From Octopus vulgaris (lineage: Eukaryota): 64,000 bases of DNA. The position numbers and the translations under genes are program-made. Under the pieces are notes generated by a model that was not told the origin of the DNA, made no database searches, and was given only the letters and a program-made list of their open reading frames with translations. Each line of letters opens with the position of its first letter. Within the stretch, counting starts at the first letter, position 1. Location of the stretch: assembly GCA_951406725.2 (NCBI GenBank), contig OX597843.1, positions 8,928,001 through 8,992,000 on the forward strand, written 5' to 3'. This document shows, in pieces, positions 1-12,940 of the stretch.

Positions 1-29
1 GATTGAGATGGTGGTGGTGGCATTAACAA

Positions 30-101
<72 letters not shown>

Positions 102-102
102 C

Positions 103-133
<31 letters not shown>

Positions 134-562
134 ATTACAGCATTCATCGTAGTAATTGATTTATTGTTATGATGATGATGATGATGTTGATGATGTTGAT
201 GCTGATGTTAAGAATAAGGATATCACATCGTTAACTTGTAGTTCGTGTTGTTGTTGTCAGCAAGCAGCCGAAACGGCCAGCCAATCTCCAGTGGCCTTCC
301 AGCCGTGACAAACACGTATCAAATGGCATTGCATTATGCTTCGCTTTATACTTCTAAAGCGACAAACAGTTCAAACTGCGGAGTTTGCTGCTGTTATTTC
401 TAGCAGGTCTCATACACGTGTCATGAGGAAGATTTAGCTGCTGTTTCTACAAGGTCAAGTTATATAGAAAGACTTCACCTGTTGGTGCATACCTATACCT
501 ATATATATATGTGTGTGTGTATGTATGTGTGTGTGCGCGTGTGTGTGTGTGTATGTGTATCT

Positions 563-789
563 CTTTACTCTCTTTTACCCGTTTACTTGTTTCAGTCATT
601 TGACTGCGGCCATGCTGGAGCACCGCCTTTAATCGAGCAACTCGACCCCGGGACTAATTCTTTTAGTAAGCCCAGTACTTATTCTATCGGTCTCTTTTGC
701 CGAACCGCTAAGTGACGGAGACATAAACACACCAGCATCGGTTGTCAAGCAATGCTAGGGGGACAAACACAGACACACAAATATACACG

Positions 790-825
<36 letters not shown>

Positions 826-996
826 CATATATACGACGGGCTTCTTTCAGTTTCCGTCTACCAAGTCCACTCACAAGGCTTTGGTCGGCCCGAGGCTATA
901 GTAGAAGACACTTGCCCAAGGTGCCACGCAGTAGGACTGAACCCGGAACCATGTGGTTGGTAAGCAAGCTACTTACCACACAGCAACTCCTGCGCC
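563..996 (-). mobile_element. SINE family A, full length (tRNA-derived head, internal (TA)/(TG) microsatellite, CR1-like 3' tail)
   Basis: Minus strand reads GGCGCAGGAGTTGCTGTGTGGTAAGTAGC...GGTTCAGTCC (A/B-box-like) ... GGCGGTGCTCCAGCATGGCCGCAGTCAAATGACTGAAAC. Many near-identical copies occur in the window. Confidence 0.9.
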
Positions 997-1113
997 TATA
1001 TATATATAGCACCACTATCATCACCACAACCACTGCTTTCAGTATGTGACCTCGTCTGTATCACTAGCGATTTTTCCCCTGTCTTCCCTTCTCTGGATCT
1101 TTCCTTCTCCTAT

Positions 1114-1148
1114 GTTTCCGACGAAGAGCTCCGCTCGAAACGTCAAAC
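1114..1148 (+). ncRNA. Minimal type I hammerhead ribozyme motif, U4C core variant
   Basis: GTTT-CCGACGA-A-GAGC-TCC-GCTC-GAA-ACGT-C-AAAC: stem I GTTT/AAAC, stem II GAGC/GCTC, palindromic ACGT as stem III, GUC site. Lies in a ~240-bp element between (TA)n tracts. Confidence 0.65.
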
Positions 1149-1244
1149 CCTCCTTCTTCCTTTTTTCCTGAGCGTCCAATAATACTTTATTTGTTCCACG
1201 TCCTTGCGTTGTTGTGTTTTTTTTTTTTGTTTTCTTGTTTGGAT

Positions 1245-1285
<41 letters not shown>

Positions 1286-1318
1286 CACGTTCTTGTTTCT
1301 TTATATATAAATTTTATT

Positions 1319-1394
<76 letters not shown>

Positions 1395-1400
1395 TATATT

Positions 1401-1590
1401 GTCGTTTCAGCGGCTTTGGGATTTGGGATGGTTTTTTTCCACTTTGTGAGCCATTCAGATGTTGTGTCCGGCTCTGCTAGCATCTCACTGAATTTCTCGG
1501 CCAGCGTCTTATGCATTCCAGTTAGATATTTTAACCAGAAATTGGTTATCTTGTCGTGGCCAGGTGCCTCACAGTTGCTTGGCTTCCCCA
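1401..1590 (-). pseudogene. R4/Dong-type non-LTR retrotransposon fragment, start of RT domain
   Basis: Translation APGHDKITNFWLKYLTGMHKTLAEKFSEMLAEPDTTSEWLT resembles the NWKAPGxDxIxNFWLK...PxWLT motif at the N-terminus of R4-clade RT. Confidence 0.7.
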
Positions 1591-1855
1591 CTACTTCTGC
1601 TCGTGATCAGAGATGCACATATCATCAGCCACTAAGGGACATGCTCAACTGGTTAAGAAGGACAAACAACTGACAAGCAAATATGTGGTATTAAGCAGAA
1701 TATTCATTGTAGCCCATCTTTTATACCAAGACAAAACAATGTACATGATAACACTTCCAATTAGTTAAGATCAGAAGCCATGAGAGCCACTGCCTGGTAC
1801 TACATCAGGGCATTTATTATTAATATTTTTATTATTATCATTATTATTATTATTA

Positions 1856-2240
1856 TTCTATGTTTGACTTTTGCTTTATATTTGTACAAGTTGGCTCCAA
1901 GTCTCACCCAGAGACAACAGGTTGGAAGTTCACGTTGTTGTTATGCCTAGTGTGCCATATATTTGGTTGGTTTTTTTTTTTTTGGTGTTGTACTAGTGGA
2001 TGTCTAAAACAAAATTGTTTGTTTTAAGCCTTCAGATTACATAGAAAGTATTTTGCGTAGGATATGAGCAGTTCTCATGAGCACTATCTTTTGAATTTCT
2101 GCCACTTTTGGGTTTCCTGGTATCTGAGTTAGGTAGCGATCAGCCCCTTTTGCTATCATTCCCGGGGCACCTATGAAAACAGGTATTGTTTTAGTCTTCA
2201 GGTTCCACATTTTGCTGATTTCTATTTCAAGATCTTTATA
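1856..2240 (-). mobile_element. R4/Dong-type retrotransposon 3' end (RLE endonuclease C-terminus 2037-2240 plus 3'UTR)
   Basis: YKDLEIEISKMWNLKTKTIPVFIGAPGMIAKGADRYLTQIPGNPKVAEIQKIVLMRTAHILRKILSM*. The 3'UTR matches 31245-31435, and (ATT)n flanks both sides. Confidence 0.8.
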
Positions 2241-2269
2241 TTATGCTCAGATTCTGGTAGGTCTTATTG

Positions 2270-2273
2270 TTAA

Positions 2274-2367
<94 letters not shown>

Positions 2368-2606
2368 ATTATTATTATTATTATTATTATTAATTTTATT
2401 ATTATTACTATTATTGTTATCATTATTATTATGATTATTATTATTATTATTATTAATATTATTATTATTATTACTATTATTGTTATCATTATTATTATTA
2501 TTATTATTATTAATATTATTATTATTATTACTATTATTGTTATCATTATTATTATTATTATTATTAATTTCATTATTATTACTATTATTAATATTATAAT
2601 TATTAA

Positions 2607-2652
<46 letters not shown>

Positions 2653-2699
2653 TTTATTATTATTACTATTATTGTTATCATTATCATTATTATTATTAA

Positions 2700-2740
<41 letters not shown>
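2270..2740. repeat. (ATT)n microsatellite
   Basis: Direct reading; source of the poly-Ile ORFs. Confidence 0.98.
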
Positions 2741-2741
<1 letters not shown>

Positions 2742-3120
2742 TTTATTACTTTTTTCTCCGAATACTCAGCCAACTCGGCCTCCCTTTCAAACAAAGTATT
2801 TCAAGAAACAAAAAGACAAGACTCACAGCAAGAACAAACACACACACACACACACACAGACAAACGTTTTTCGGAATATGGCGTCCATCTGGCTGAACTA
2901 TATCATAAGTACCGAATACCAGAATGAAACCATCTGGAAAATAATGTTAAACACTACACGAAAAACATGTCATAAACGTATGTAAGATGCATATGTGTAT
3001 ATATATAAACATATATATATGTGTGTGTGTGTGTGTGCGTGTATATATATGTATGTATATATATATATATATATATATGTATGTAATATATATATGCGTG
3101 TAGATATACACATATATATG

Positions 3121-3183
<63 letters not shown>

Positions 3184-3338
3184 TAAGGAAACATTATTTA
3201 ATAATATATAAAATGTAATTAGGTGGAAAATATCAAAGATAAACTTTTAAAATATACGAAGATAAAGGAAAGTTTTTCGATTCTCACATATACATATATA
3301 TACATACATATATATATACATATATATATACATATATT

Positions 3339-3369
<31 letters not shown>

Positions 3370-3408
3370 GTATATATATATGTATGTATATATGTGTATG
3401 TATGTATG

Positions 3409-3455
<47 letters not shown>

Positions 3456-3846
3456 TCGAAAACCTCATGCATACATATATATCATATATATGCACAGGAA
3501 GAAAGTATGGCAAAGAGGAGGAAAGCTTTTCGAAAACAAACAAGAATGAACATCAAAATATACATAAAACTAAGACAGCAATATGTTGATAGAATCACAG
3601 ATTGTTGAAACGACAAGTGGATAATTTCCTTGAAGAGGAAGCGAGCACACATATATATACCTAGATGTTCGTATATGTGTGTGTGTATACTGTTTTTCCT
3701 TTGAATTCGGACGACAAAGCAATATGTGGGTCCTGGGTATGCTTTATGACATTCGCTCCAGATTTGCATGAAATTATGTTTTAAAGTTCATTAGTGGTTA
3801 GTATACCTATCTATCTATCTCTTTTTCTACCTACCTATCTATCTAT

Positions 3847-3916
<70 letters not shown>

Positions 3917-3962
3917 TATATATATATCTGTCTGTCTGTCTAGATATATATATATATATATG

Positions 3963-4000
<38 letters not shown>

Positions 4001-4028
4001 TTTATATATCTATATGTATGTATTTATG

Positions 4029-4080
<52 letters not shown>

Positions 4081-4126
4081 GTATATAATATATTTATTTA
4101 TATATATGTATGTACATATATATGTA

Positions 4127-4200
<74 letters not shown>

Positions 4201-4241
4201 TGTATGTATGTATGTATATATACATATTCAGATAGATAGAC

Positions 4242-4308
<67 letters not shown>

Positions 4309-4665
4309 CAGACAGATAAATTGATAGATTGATATATAGATAATTAAAGACAGGCAGTTATTCATATATACGCATGTAAACGTGTAGCCCCGCGTTCTTG
4401 TGTGGCTATTGAAAGATGAATCACGAAAATACTCGTCAGAACTATTTAGATGGATATATAATTCTTCAGGTTCACATTCTCTCTTATAATATACGAAATG
4501 ATACGTAAGTGTTGTGTGCTTGTGTGTATGTTAATGTATGGTTGTGTATACGTTAATATATGTTAAAACGTTAGATTATAAACAATTGCAGCGTGGAAGG
4601 TGTTTATAAGCCATTTAAGAAACACACAAAAAACCGTTAGATTCACTTCAACATCTAAATTTAAT

Positions 4666-4714
4666 TTGCCAAAATATTTTCGTCGCTTTGAGACCGCGTC
4701 CTGTTCACTGATAA
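4666..4714 (-). ncRNA. Hammerhead motif, G3:C8 variant (third copy of the 5271-5660 family)
   Basis: Minus strand: TTATCA-GTGAACA-G-GACGC-GGTCTCAAA-GCGAC-GAA-AATATT-T-TGGCAA. Confidence 0.55.
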
Positions 4715-4854
4715 AATTCTGTGCTATATATATATATATATATATATATTATGGAGATGTACTTGTATAGTATATATATGTGTGTGTGTATCGTTTGTAG
4801 AAAATATAAACCGGAGAAGCAGCTCACTCTAAGATGTAGAGCAGTTCCCTAGCG

Positions 4855-4886
<32 letters not shown>

Positions 4887-4891
<5 letters not shown>

Positions 4892-5209
4892 TCAGTGGTT
4901 AGAGCGTCGAGCTTACGATCGTGAGGTTGTGAGCTCGAATCCCGGACCGGGCTGCGTGTTGTGTTCTCGTGCAAGGCACTTTATTTCACGTTGCTCCAGT
5001 TCACTCAGCTGTAGAAATGAGTTGCGACGTCACTGGTGCCAAGCTGTATCGACCTTTGTCTTTCCCTTGGATAACACTGGTGGCGTGGAGAGGGGAGGCT
5101 GGTATGCATGGGCGACTGCTGGTCTTCCATAAACAACCTTGCCCCGACTTGTGTCTAGGAGGGTAACTTTCTAGGTGCAATCCCATGGCCATTCATGACC
5201 GAAGGGGGT

Positions 5210-5212
<3 letters not shown>
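4887..5212 (+). mobile_element. SINE family C (tRNA-derived head, CORE-like body)
   Basis: TGGCTCAGTGGTTAGAGC A-box and GCTCGAATCCC B-box-like. Reverse complement of 34555-34897; flanked by (TA)n. Confidence 0.9.
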
Positions 5213-5271
<59 letters not shown>

Positions 5272-5412
5272 AATTGCAGCGTGGAAGGTGTTTGTAAGCC
5301 ATTTAAGAAACACACAAAAAACCGTTAGATTCACTTCAACATCTAAATTTAATTTGCAAAAATATTTTCGTCGCTTTGAGACCGCGACCTGTTCACTGAC
5401 AAAGCTCCGTGC

Positions 5413-5461
5413 TTGTCAGTGAACGGGTTGCGGTCTCAAAGCGACGAAAATATTTTGACAA
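5413..5461 (+). ncRNA. Hammerhead motif, G3:C8 variant
   Basis: TTGTCA-GTGAACG-G-GTTGC-GGTCTCAAA-GCGAC-GAA-AATATT-T-TGACAA: 6-bp stem I, 5-bp stem II, palindromic AATATT. The sister copies have GTGAACA. Confidence 0.65.
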
Positions 5462-5470
5462 ATTAAATTT

Positions 5471-5580
5471 AAATTGCTAAAAAGCATTCAGGAAGTAAAA
5501 TCATGTAGCAACATCGAATGGCGGTGCCCCAGCATGGCCACAGCTCGTGAGCTGAAACTAAATGAAATGAAAAAAATAAT
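5471..5580 (+). mobile_element. CR1-group LINE 3' tail only
   Basis: Matches the reverse complement of 60125-60226 (TGCTAAAAAGCATTC...GTAAAATCATGTAGCAACA...GGTGCCCCAGCATGGCCACAGCT). Confidence 0.85.
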
Positions 5581-5782
5581 GAATTACATGTTGAAGTGAA
5601 TCTAACGGTTTTTGTGTGTTTCTTAAATGGCTTACAAACACCTTTCACGCTGCAATTGTTTTCGTTCCAGCACACGATCTATGCAAGTACATCTCCGTTA
5701 GATTATATTTTCTCTAATATTCATAAAGATATATACTCTCCAGTAACCCATGACAAAGCCTCGGAGACCAACATGGCTGGTG

Positions 5783-5935
5783 GGTGGATGTAGGCGTCTT
5801 CTAAACAAAACTGGATCTCCTCCTGTCAAATGAGTTCCGGACGAACCACGAACCTATCCCGCAGAAGCAACGCAGATAAGGGCCGCAACGTCAAACTCCC
5901 TCATCTTCCAGATGCCACACATCAGAGGAGGATTC
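5783..5935 (+). pseudogene. Degenerate CR1-group LINE ORF2 C-terminal fragment
   Basis: Frameshifted VDVGVF*TKLDLLLS...VPDEP...TQIRAATSNSLIFQMPHIRGG, similar to the peptide at 23002-23247. Confidence 0.7.
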
Positions 5936-6385
5936 TGCCTCTCTCGCTCACACTTAATGTGTAAACACTCCCTTCGGTTATGAATGACCATGAGATTGCA
6001 CCTAGAAGGTGACCCTTCAAGGCAAGGTTGTTTACGAAAGACCAGCGGGGGCCCGTGCATGTCTGTCTCCCCTCTTCACACTAGTATATGTACATAGGAT
6101 AAAGGGTAAAAAACCCCTTTCGGTCATGAATGCCTATGGGATTGCACCTAGAAAGTTACCCTTCGAGGTAACTGATGTTGGTGTGTTCACATCCCCGTAA
6201 CTAAGCGGTTCGGCAAAAGGGTTCGATAGAATAAGCACTAGCCTTACAAACAATAAGTCCTGAGGGTCGATTAGTTCGACTAAAGGCGATGCTCCAGCAT
6301 GGCCGCAGTCAAATGACCGAAACAATTAAAAAGAACAAAAAGGAGAAAAAGAATATATATACGTATTTGGTATATTATATATATG

Positions 6386-6440
<55 letters not shown>

Positions 6441-6555
6441 TATATTATATATGTATATATATATATATTATGCTATATGTAAATATATTATATGTAAATA
6501 TATGGTATATGCTATATTATATAGAGATAGATAGTTATAGAGAAATAGATATTTA

Positions 6556-6597
<42 letters not shown>

Positions 6598-7639
6598 ATA
6601 TATATATACAAATATACTTAGATATATAGATAGATAGACACATACATACATACATATATACATACATATATATACGTGAGTATATATACATGCATGTATA
6701 TATACATACATACATACATACATACATACATACATACATACATACATACATACAGACAGACAGACAGACATACATACATATAAGTATACACATACGTACG
6801 TATGTATGTACGTGTATACGCATATATATCTACGCAACACACATATTAAAAACCTATCAGCTACACCTATCAGCGGTACTAAGACCACCGAAGCACCACT
6901 GGCGCCCTCTCCCCGTTCGCTATTTGCAACGATCATACATCTTGATTTCCTTTCGAACCTGTCCGCGTGAATAGCAAACCCGAGTGTGTCCATAGAGCGG
7001 TTTTTGATGGAGATCTCTTATTACTTATGAACGGCCCCTCCACCTCCACCAACACCACCACCACCACAACTACCACCTCACTATCCATTATCCTACCATT
7101 AAACACCGCCACCATAAACATAGAATTTCACGACCGCCATCGCCTCCGCCTCCGGCATATCAACACTGCTCTATAATCGATGGCCGAGGCGTATATAATA
7201 GATCTCTTGCCATAACTCCGTTCATCAGGCCCCTACCGTCCCCTTAACATCTCACTATATCTCTATATGTATTTCTATCTCTCGGGCTTACTCCCTCTCT
7301 CTCTCTCTCCCATTCTCCCTCCTACCCTTTCTCTCTTCCTCAGTGCCCCTCTCTCCCTCTTTCTCTCTTTCTATCTCCTCCTCTCTCCCCCCCCTCTGCC
7401 CCCCTTGTTTCTCTCCCTCTCACTGATATATATATATACATATATATATATATGCTGACGAGTGCTTAGCTACAGGTGTTTGGTCCTTACGTTGAAGTTC
7501 CGAGTTTGAATTTCACCCAGGTTGACTTTCGCTTTCATTCTCTCTGGGTCGATGAAATAAGTACACTTTGGCCAAATTGTGTTACAAGGTCGAAACATAC
7601 ACACAAACATACATATATATATATACACTCTTATATCTT

Positions 7640-7858
7640 TATTTATTACCCACATGGGCTAAACATAGAGGGGACAAACAAGAACAGACAAACGGATTAA
7701 GTCGATTACATCGACCCCAGTGCGTAACTGGTACTTAATTAATCGACCCCGAAAGGATGAAAAGCAAAGTCGACCTCGGCGGAATTTGAACTCAGAACGT
7801 AACGGCAGACGAAATACGGCTACGCATTTCGCCCGACGTGCTAACGTTTCTGCCAGCT
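7640..7858 (-). mobile_element. SINE family B (Meta-domain-like)
   Basis: Contains GCTTTTCATCCTTTCGGGGTCGAT-TAATTAAGTACCAG, resembling the MetaSINE central domain; many copies in the window. Confidence 0.88.
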
Positions 7859-8439
7859 ATATATACACTCTTATATAGACACATATCCGTACGTTCGCAG
7901 TCACACACACACACATTCGTACACACAGCAACACCAACGTATCCACACACTTGTCACATCACCTCTCGCCACTTGCTAACCTCAGTATCGCTCCCTTACT
8001 CATACATTACTCACAGATACACAAACACGCACACTCATACGCAAGTACGTGTACGCACGCACATATACACACATGCGCACTCTCCTGCCTTAAAAACCCA
8101 CTTTATCTCCCTCTTTCCACTTCCGGTCACTTCATGGCTGAAGTGACCGGACTACTTTGTTCCTTCTCTTCGGACCTATCCTCTCTCACCTTTCTGACGA
8201 AGAGCCATTCTCCAAACGTCATACGATCACTCGTTCTTCCATCTTACACTGAGCGTCAACAACCTAACACATTTCATGTGGGCATCCTTTTCAATTTTGT
8301 TATTTTTTAATAATCATTTTGACATCATAAACAGAAAGAAGCCCATCGTATATATATATATATATTGTTGTATTTATGAATGGTCATTTTGCCAGTTTAG
8401 CCAATAAAAACACACGCACTATATATCTGGTGTTACCTT

Positions 8440-8679
8440 GCTTCAGCGTTATTCATTTTTTACATTAATCTTAATCTTATTTCGGCCAGAGTTCTTTCGT
8501 CACACTCCTGTGACTGCATCAGTGGTCCTTTGCTTTCTTCTTACTTATTTGTGTAAGGAGAGACGCACAAATAAGAAAGAAGAAAGCAAAGGACCACTGA
8601 TGAGGTCACAGAAGTGTGACGAAAGAACTCTGGCCGAAATAAGATTACGATTAATGTAAAAAATGAATAACGCTGAAGC
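8440..8679. mobile_element. Inverted-repeat element (~114-bp arms, 12-nt spacer) with one hammerhead per arm
   Basis: 8440-8553 is the reverse complement of 8566-8679 with few mismatches. HHR at 8484-8528 (-) and 8591-8635 (+). Confidence 0.75.
8591..8635 (+). ncRNA. Minimal type I hammerhead ribozyme, canonical core
   Basis: GGACCA-CTGATGA-G-GTCACA-GAAG-TGTGAC-GAA-AG-AA-CT-C-TGGCC: perfect 6-bp stem II, CUC site. Confidence 0.75.
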
Positions 8680-8735
8680 GTTATATATAGAGAGAGAGAT
8701 TACTACATACGTATACACAGACAGACAGACAGACA

Positions 8736-8836
<101 letters not shown>

Positions 8837-9112
8837 CGAAGATACGTCTCGCTTTTATCCTTCGAAACGTAGAGTAGATGAAACCATAGCGACTGAAGAA
8901 GGGTTTTTTTCTTTGTGTTAATTGTCCTGTACTCTATTTTTGGTTGTTTAAAAAAATGTCCAGTTCCTTGGGTTTGTGTCTATGTTTTCGTTTCTCTTTG
9001 TGTTCGACGTTTTTTTGGTGTCCTGTACTCATATATGCGTGTATATGTACATGTAGAGGTAGGTACGTACATATATGTTTATATATATGCATATGTTTTA
9101 TTTTATTTATTA

Positions 9113-9166
<54 letters not shown>

Positions 9167-9393
9167 TACGGGAACACAAAGGTGCGCTCCCTGCTAGAAA
9201 GAGGAGTCAAAACCCTCATTTAAACCACCAATAAACCACTGAAAAATACGTTAGAAAAAGAAGAGTAGTCGGGCGAACGGGCTTAATTAATGTTTGCTCC
9301 ATCTATATACATAGATACATACACCCATATATATATATACGTATACTCACCTATAGATACATACATACACGTGCGCTCAGATACTTACGCACA

Positions 9394-9427
<34 letters not shown>

Positions 9428-9689
9428 AATATATGTGCGTGTGTGTGATTGTATGTATACATGTATACATATATATATATATACACACACATACATATAT
9501 ATATATACAATACACACATACATATATATATATATATACACGCACACACACACATATACATCCATATATAAACACACAGAAAGTATATATAATATACTGG
9601 ACAGTGTACTATGTCAACGCTGACATCAAAATCAGACGCCATACTGGTTTTCTTATCTCGTTTTACGAAACAGTAAATTAGCCATAATA

Positions 9690-10143
9690 CGGTGGTGATG
9701 GTGGTGGTGGAGGCAGTGCTGGTATTGGTGTTGTTGTTGTTGGTGGTGGTGTTGGTGGTGGTGGTGGTGGTGGTGGTGGTGGTGGTGTTGGTGGTGGTGG
9801 TGGTGTTGTTGGTGGTGGTGGTGGTTCTCGTAGTTTTGGTTGTAGTAACGGTGATCGTATTTTTAGTGGTAGTTGACGATGGGGTAATAGTAAAGGGTGT
9901 AGCAGATAATCGTTGATATGATGGTGGTGGTGGTAGTTGCGGTGGTGGTGATGTCGTGGTGGTCGTCGTCGTAGTGGTCCTAGTGGTCGTGTTGGTCGTG
10001 GTGGAGGCGGTGGGGGAGGTGGTGTTGGAAGTGATGGTGGAGGCTGCGGCGTTGACGGTTGTGGTGGTGGCGGTGGAGGTGGAGGTGGAGGTGAAGCTGA
10101 TGCTGGAGGCCGCGTTACCACTGGTGGCCTTATTTGCTTTCAG

Positions 10144-10217
<74 letters not shown>

Positions 10218-10423
10218 GGTGGTGGTGGTGGTGGTGGTGGTGGTGGTGGTGGTGGTGGTGGTGGTGGTGGTGGTGGTGGTGGTGGTGGTGGTGGTACTTC
10301 TAGCAATAGCGATCGGTGTGATGGTGGTAATATGGTGGTGATAGTAATGATGATGACGATGATGATGATGATGATGATGATGACGGTGGTAATGGCGGTG
10401 TTTGTGATGATGATGATAATGAA

Positions 10424-10457
<34 letters not shown>

Positions 10458-10504
10458 GTGATGATGAAGATGACGACGATGATGATGATGATGACGACGA
10501 CGAC

Positions 10505-10542
<38 letters not shown>

Positions 10543-10600
10543 CGATGATGATGATGATGATAATGATGACGACGATGATGACGATGATGATGATGAAGAA

Positions 10601-10639
<39 letters not shown>

Positions 10640-10909
10640 GAAGAGGATGATGATGATGACGACGACGATGACAACCATGAGAATTGAAAATTACCTGTAT
10701 CAGGAAGCGGTGGTTCCAGCAACCACGCCGCCGCCGCCGCCACTGCCGACGACGAGGACGACGACGACTAAGACGATGAGAACGAAGATTGTATCGTCGT
10801 CATCATCATCATCATCATCACCACCACCACCACCACCACCACTACTATCATCACCATCAGCGATCGTTTTGCTCCGTAGCCGCAGCCGCAGCCGCAGCGA
10901 CGACGACGT

Positions 10910-10955
<46 letters not shown>

Positions 10956-10960
10956 TGCTG
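9690..10960. repeat. Compound trinucleotide low-complexity tract: (GGT)n, (AGT)n, (GAT)n, (GGC)n
   Basis: Direct reading. Confidence 0.95.
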
Positions 10961-11287
10961 TTGCCGCTACAGCTGTGGCGGAGGCGGAGGCGGCGTTGTC
11001 GTCACTGGCCGTCATGTCGAAGCATAGGCCTACATTTTCTGTGGGTGGTGCGACGGCGTTGAGACAAGTGCATCGTACATCGGTCAGGTTGTATACTGCC
11101 TCCGCCACCTCCCATACTGTAGGAGTTAAATATATATATTGATAGATTAACATCCGCTATAGATAAATCATTGTTAGGATAACTGATCGGTGACACAAAC
11201 AGATTTTTACTTACAACCTTAACGATCTCCGATGAATATTTACTACAATAGCGAATTATCATTGACTTTTCATCGTTTAGCACTCAG

Positions 11288-11667
11288 CAGAGACATTGGG
11301 CGTTGGACAAGGTAGACGTGGACATGGCTGGGTGGTTATGCAGCAGTGAGAAGTTTGCGTCGCAACCATGTGATGTTGAGGTTTCGCGTTCATGGTTGCA
11401 ATTTACCAATCTTACAAGTGCCGTGGGGCACTTTGGGCAAATGCGCATTATAATTTTTGTTTAAGGTTAATGAAATTGTCAGAGACATTGGGCGTTGGAC
11501 AAGGTAGATGTGGACATGGCTGGGTGGTTATGCAGCAGTGAGAAGTTTGCGTCGCAACCATGTGATGTTGAGGTTTCGCGTTCATGGTTGCAATTTACCA
11601 ATCTTACAAGTGCCGTGGGGCACTTTGGGCAAATGTGCATTATAAGGTTTTTTTAAGGTTAATGAAA
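11288..11667. repeat. ~192-bp tandem duplication containing a degenerate SINE A head
   Basis: CAGAGACATTGGGCGTTGGACAAGG starts at both 11288 and 11480; the two copies are nearly identical. Confidence 0.92.
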
Positions 11668-11933
11668 ACGTTTTTGAAGGGTGCAGAAGGGCGGAACGGA
11701 TGGAGGTTTGGTTAGGAAGTTCACATTTGGTCTTCAGGTTCGATCCTATCAAACTATCGAACACTTTCCTACGCGGCACCTTCTGCTAGTGTATTGGGTT
11801 CTCAATAACTTGAGAGCGGAAATTGTTTATTTAGAGTCGGGGTTTCACCGCTATTTCGGCATGGTGATGTCTCTCAGATACCCTTATTTATAGTTGTAAA
11901 GAATTATTACCTTTGTATGGTATTTATTCCCAT

Positions 11934-12160
11934 GCGAGCTGGCAGAAACGTTAGCACGCCGGGCGAAATGTTTAGCGGTATTTCGTCTGCCGTTACGTTC
12001 TGAGTTCAAATTCCGCCGAGGTCGACTTTGCCTTTCATCCTTTCGGGGTCGATAAATTAAGTACTAGTTACGCACTGAGTCGATGTAATCGAATTAATAC
12101 CTATGTATGTCCTTGTTTGTCCCCTCTGTGTTTAGCCCCTTGTGGGTAATAAAGAAATAG
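11934..12160 (+). mobile_element. SINE family B with 17-nt target-site duplication
   Basis: GGTATTTATTCCCATGC at 11919-11935 and 12160-12176. Confidence 0.92.
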
Positions 12161-12234
12161 GTATTTATTCCCATGCTGACCACTTGATAAATCGATATTT
12201 AAATATCGATATTATCCTTATTTATAAATTTATG

Positions 12235-12296
<62 letters not shown>

Positions 12297-12520
12297 AATA
12301 CATACACATTTATATATATGTATGCATGTGTGTGTGTGAGTGCGTGTGTTCTGAGTTCAAATTCCGCCGAGGTCGACTTTGCCTTTCATCCTTTCGAGGT
12401 CGATAAATAAAGTACCAGTTGCGTACTGAGGTCGATCTAATCTACTGGACCCACCTGCAAAATTTCGGGCCTTTTGCCTAGAGTAGAAAGGACTCGTACA
12501 TATATACTCGTATATCGTAT

Positions 12521-12743
12521 CTCTTTTACTCTTTTACTCTTTTACTTGTTTCAGTCATTTGACTGCGGCCATGCTGGAGCACCGCCTTTTAGTCGAGCAA
12601 ATCGACCCCGGGACTTATTCTTTGTAAGCCCAGTACTTATTCTATCGGTCTCTTTTGACGAACAGCTAAGTGACGGGGACGTAAATACACCAGCATCGGT
12701 TGTCAAGCAATGCTAGGGGGACAAACACACACACAAACACACA

Positions 12744-12817
<74 letters not shown>

Positions 12818-12940
12818 TACGACGGGCTTCTTTCAGTTTCCGTCTGACAAATCCACTCACAAGGCTTTGGTCGGACCGAGGCTATAGCAGAAGACACTTT
12901 GCCCAAGGTGCCACGCAGTGGGACTGAACCCGGCATCATG
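12521..12940 (-). mobile_element. SINE family A, 5'-truncated
   Basis: Homologous to 563-996. Confidence 0.9.

Larger units (their letters stand above)
5271..5700. mobile_element. Inverted-repeat element with one hammerhead per arm (Penelope-like inverted pLTR remnant), interrupted by a LINE tail
   Basis: 5271-5402 is the reverse complement of 5413-5470 plus 5588-5660. HHR at 5354-5402 (-) and 5413-5461 (+). Confidence 0.7.

Noticed and set aside
482-963. Recurring ORF peptides such as [42 protein letters not shown] and [26 protein letters not shown]
   Set aside because: Translations of SINE A and B copies, not a gene family.
1590-1815. Possible retroposon 3'UTR ending in (TTA)n
   Set aside because: Single copy in the window with no diagnostic motif; cannot be classified.
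4887-4955. tRNA gene (also the heads at 34830-34897 and 58200-58275)
   Set aside because: tRNA-like SINE heads continuing into SINE bodies; no complete acceptor stem.
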